Below, piece by piece: positions 61,580 to 64,000 of a stretch of 64,000 nt of DNA (position 1 is the first letter of the stretch; each line of letters opens with the position of its first letter). A program made the translations under genes and the position numbers. The stretch covers positions 15,438,001 to 15,502,000 of the forward strand of contig OZ004607.1 of NCBI GenBank assembly GCA_963924565.1, given 5' to 3'. Source of the DNA: Ascidiella aspersa. Taxonomy: Eukaryota. The notes below the pieces were generated by a model that saw nothing but the letters and a program-made list of their open reading frames with translations, searched no databases and was not told the origin of the DNA.

Positions 61580-64000
61580 TTAGTACCGATACTTTTTGAT
61601 GACAGATGGCTGTTGCGATATGGAGTTTTCTTCTGGTATAAAACCGGGAAGGTTTCTAATGAAAAAAAAACTTAATTAAGCTGTTAATCAGAATTTTCTG
61701 CTGAATAACAGAATCTGCCTGAATCCAAATGGTTAAAACAAACGATTGCGGTTGCACACCAATGATAAAGATTCAACTATATACAGAACTTAGTAAACCG
61801 AAAATCAGTTTGTTTGGAGGTAATATCATAAATATATTTTGTTATTAAAAGCATAATCAGTTTTTTAGTTCGAATAAACTCACTCAACATCAAAACAAAC
61901 TGATTTTCGGTATTTGTTCTAAGGAAGGATCCTTAAGTCAATACTTCCTTTAATATTTTAACTCTTATTGGCAACACAATATCATTCAAGTTTACCTTTC
62001 TTCTTCACAAAAATCCGAGTGTACGTCCTTCGTTCGACGCGTTTGGCGACTCGAGTCACTACTGCTGATTAGCGTTGTGCTGCCTTGTGGCTGCTTCACA
62101 CCAAAAGCGTACGAGAAACGCGGAGTTCGCGACTGCTCACTGCAGGCGCTCTTTTCACCGTCCAAGTTAAGCTTTGAGCGCGCAGCCAAAAACTCTGACA
62201 CTGGAAGTTTCGTTGCATTGACGAAAATTGTTTGCGAACGTCGCAATGGTCGTGCTAAAACAACACAAAATATTGTTTAACTTGGCTGCAGAGTTTCAGT
62301 TTGATTAGCTATTAAGTTTAAATTCGATTTAAATGATATTTTCTATGGACCGACAAAATATACTAAATATAGCAAGATATTGGTATTTCGGGGTGTGTGC
62401 TTTTTAGCAAAAAGATAAAAAGAAAACTAAAAATGCGCATTTGGTGCTATTGATTTTTAACAAATTTACGATTTGAGTAAAATTAATCAATACACTTACA
62501 TTTGACCGGGCTAATAGACGTTTTCTTTTTTCGGTGCTTTGATTTCAGTAACGTCCGCCAAAGTGTTGGCTTCTTTTTGTTATCCTGTTTGCAAAATTAA
62601 AATTTTAGGAATTAATCCAACTGCTTACTGCTCATTATATTGCTATGTTGTCTTTTTATTTATTACTTTTTCTTGAACGTCGTCTAAATAAGCGCCTGAC
62701 AAAACCTATATATCTCAAATGGATTCACCTGTATGCTTGATTTACTTTCTGACGAGTCTGACGATATCGACTCGAGTAAAATTCCGGCATCATTTCGAGC
62801 TAGTTGATTTTCTTGATCGCACAACTTCGACACAATGTGATCATTGTGACGAGCTAAATTTAAAGCGGTCAGTCCTGTCGCCTGTTGGACCTTGCGGAGA
62901 TCATCCCCGCTTATTGTCGGTAACGGTTGCTCCGTTTCCGGACCGACAACGGTGTCAACGGCAGACCATGCCACTTCACGAGCTTTTTGCTCCTTTAAAT
63001 AGCTTTGACCAACGTTGGATTTCTCACAAACATTTTTATTATCCTCAACTACCGGACTTTTCTGCGTGCGACTTTTTAATATGTTTTCCTGCGAGAATTC
63101 GCAATTTGAGCTGAGTGACCTGAAAATAATCGTAAAAATTAATTTCTTAAACTTTTACGTTTGGCAGAACAAACTTTACAAATTGTAACATAAAGGTTAA
63201 GCAATTAATTTATAAACTGATAGAATTAGTTACGTTACATCTAAATCGCTCAAGTGTGCCTACAATTTAATTACTTGAATTTTTTCCGAATATACAAACT
63301 GACATGTTTTGAGTTTCCGAGTATAAAACGGTTTCTGAGCCAAGATGGTGGCGTGAAGCAGAAAGCGATTGTGCGGTGTCATATCTTAGGTCGTCGGAAA
63401 AATTCCAGGAAGAATTAAGTCCGCGGTCGAATGTCGACTCCGAGTAAACTGTTTCTTCATCGTAATCTCTTTCAGTGTGACGTTGCACAAACACGGATAG
63501 TCGTTTCGATATTTTTTCTAGTTTTGCATTTCCTTCAACAGCTGACATAGTTTTGCTTCTGTAGAAAACAAAAGCAAAGTCAAAACACAATACAACCAAA
63601 CTGAAAACATAATACTTACATAGATTTCACGATACTTTCGTGATCATCAGTTTGATCATTTAAATGATCCATCTCTTCGTCTATGAGATACGATGCTCGA
63701 ATGCACAACTCTTGCACTTGAAGTTCAGCCTGTGAAATAAGTGATGTAACCCTAATTGACATGTTAAGACTGGAACAAAAACAAGTCACATACAAACGTT
63801 AAGTATAGAATTTATGGCAACCGTACAACTAACAAGTTACCTCCGACAATGCAACATCGCCTGTTAGTTCGAAATCGTCGTATGTTTTAGCATAGAGCAT
63901 TTCTTTTTTACGCAAGTTTGGAACTCCAAATCCGTCTTCTATAAAACCGGAAGTAGTGCCAGTGGATGATATGCCGCTATCAAAGCCCATTTTTCTCTTT
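61580..64000 (-). CDS. 3' part of an unidentified multi-exon gene (Ser/acidic-rich product); 5' end lies outside the window
   Basis: Open exons with GT-AG ends at about 64000-63841, 63729-63620, 63559-63300, 63119-62746, 62254-61996 and 61656-61580 (stop TAA); AATAAA at 61516-61511. The donor near 62730-62746 is uncertain and no family motif was recognised. Confidence 0.65.

Overview
AT-rich animal genomic DNA with many short spliceosomal introns. It is most likely from an ascidian tunicate (inference from intron sizes, composition and the LDLa-GPCR family). Genes, left to right: (1) an intact, intronless BED-finger hAT-transposase-derived gene that has lost its catalytic Glu and CxxH His, so it looks domesticated; (2) MTHFR (+, 11 coding exons); (3) an ERICH2-like gene (-), convergent with MTHFR; (4) full-length GCN2/EIF2AK4 (-, about 33 exons, 16743-33075); (5) a 13-kb block of nested transposons; (6) mitochondrial ATP synthase subunit alpha (+, 12 exons) with unusual substitutions; (7) an intronless LDLa-repeat GPCR pseudogene with no LRRs and an internal 30-bp minisatellite; (8) the 3' part of an unidentified multi-exon gene running off the right edge. 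Introns and intergenic DNA are full of hAT-type MITEs with 8-bp TSDs, foldback elements, two decayed Buster/Charlie-type transposases, a non-autonomous LTR element with a related solo LTR, and tRNA-derived repeats. I cannot show a new multi-gene system from the sequence alone. The best leads are the catalytically dead ZBED-like gene, possible uORF and TE-derived CRE control of GCN2, the divergent ATP synthase alpha, and several unusual transposon structures. All coordinates and alignments were read by eye.
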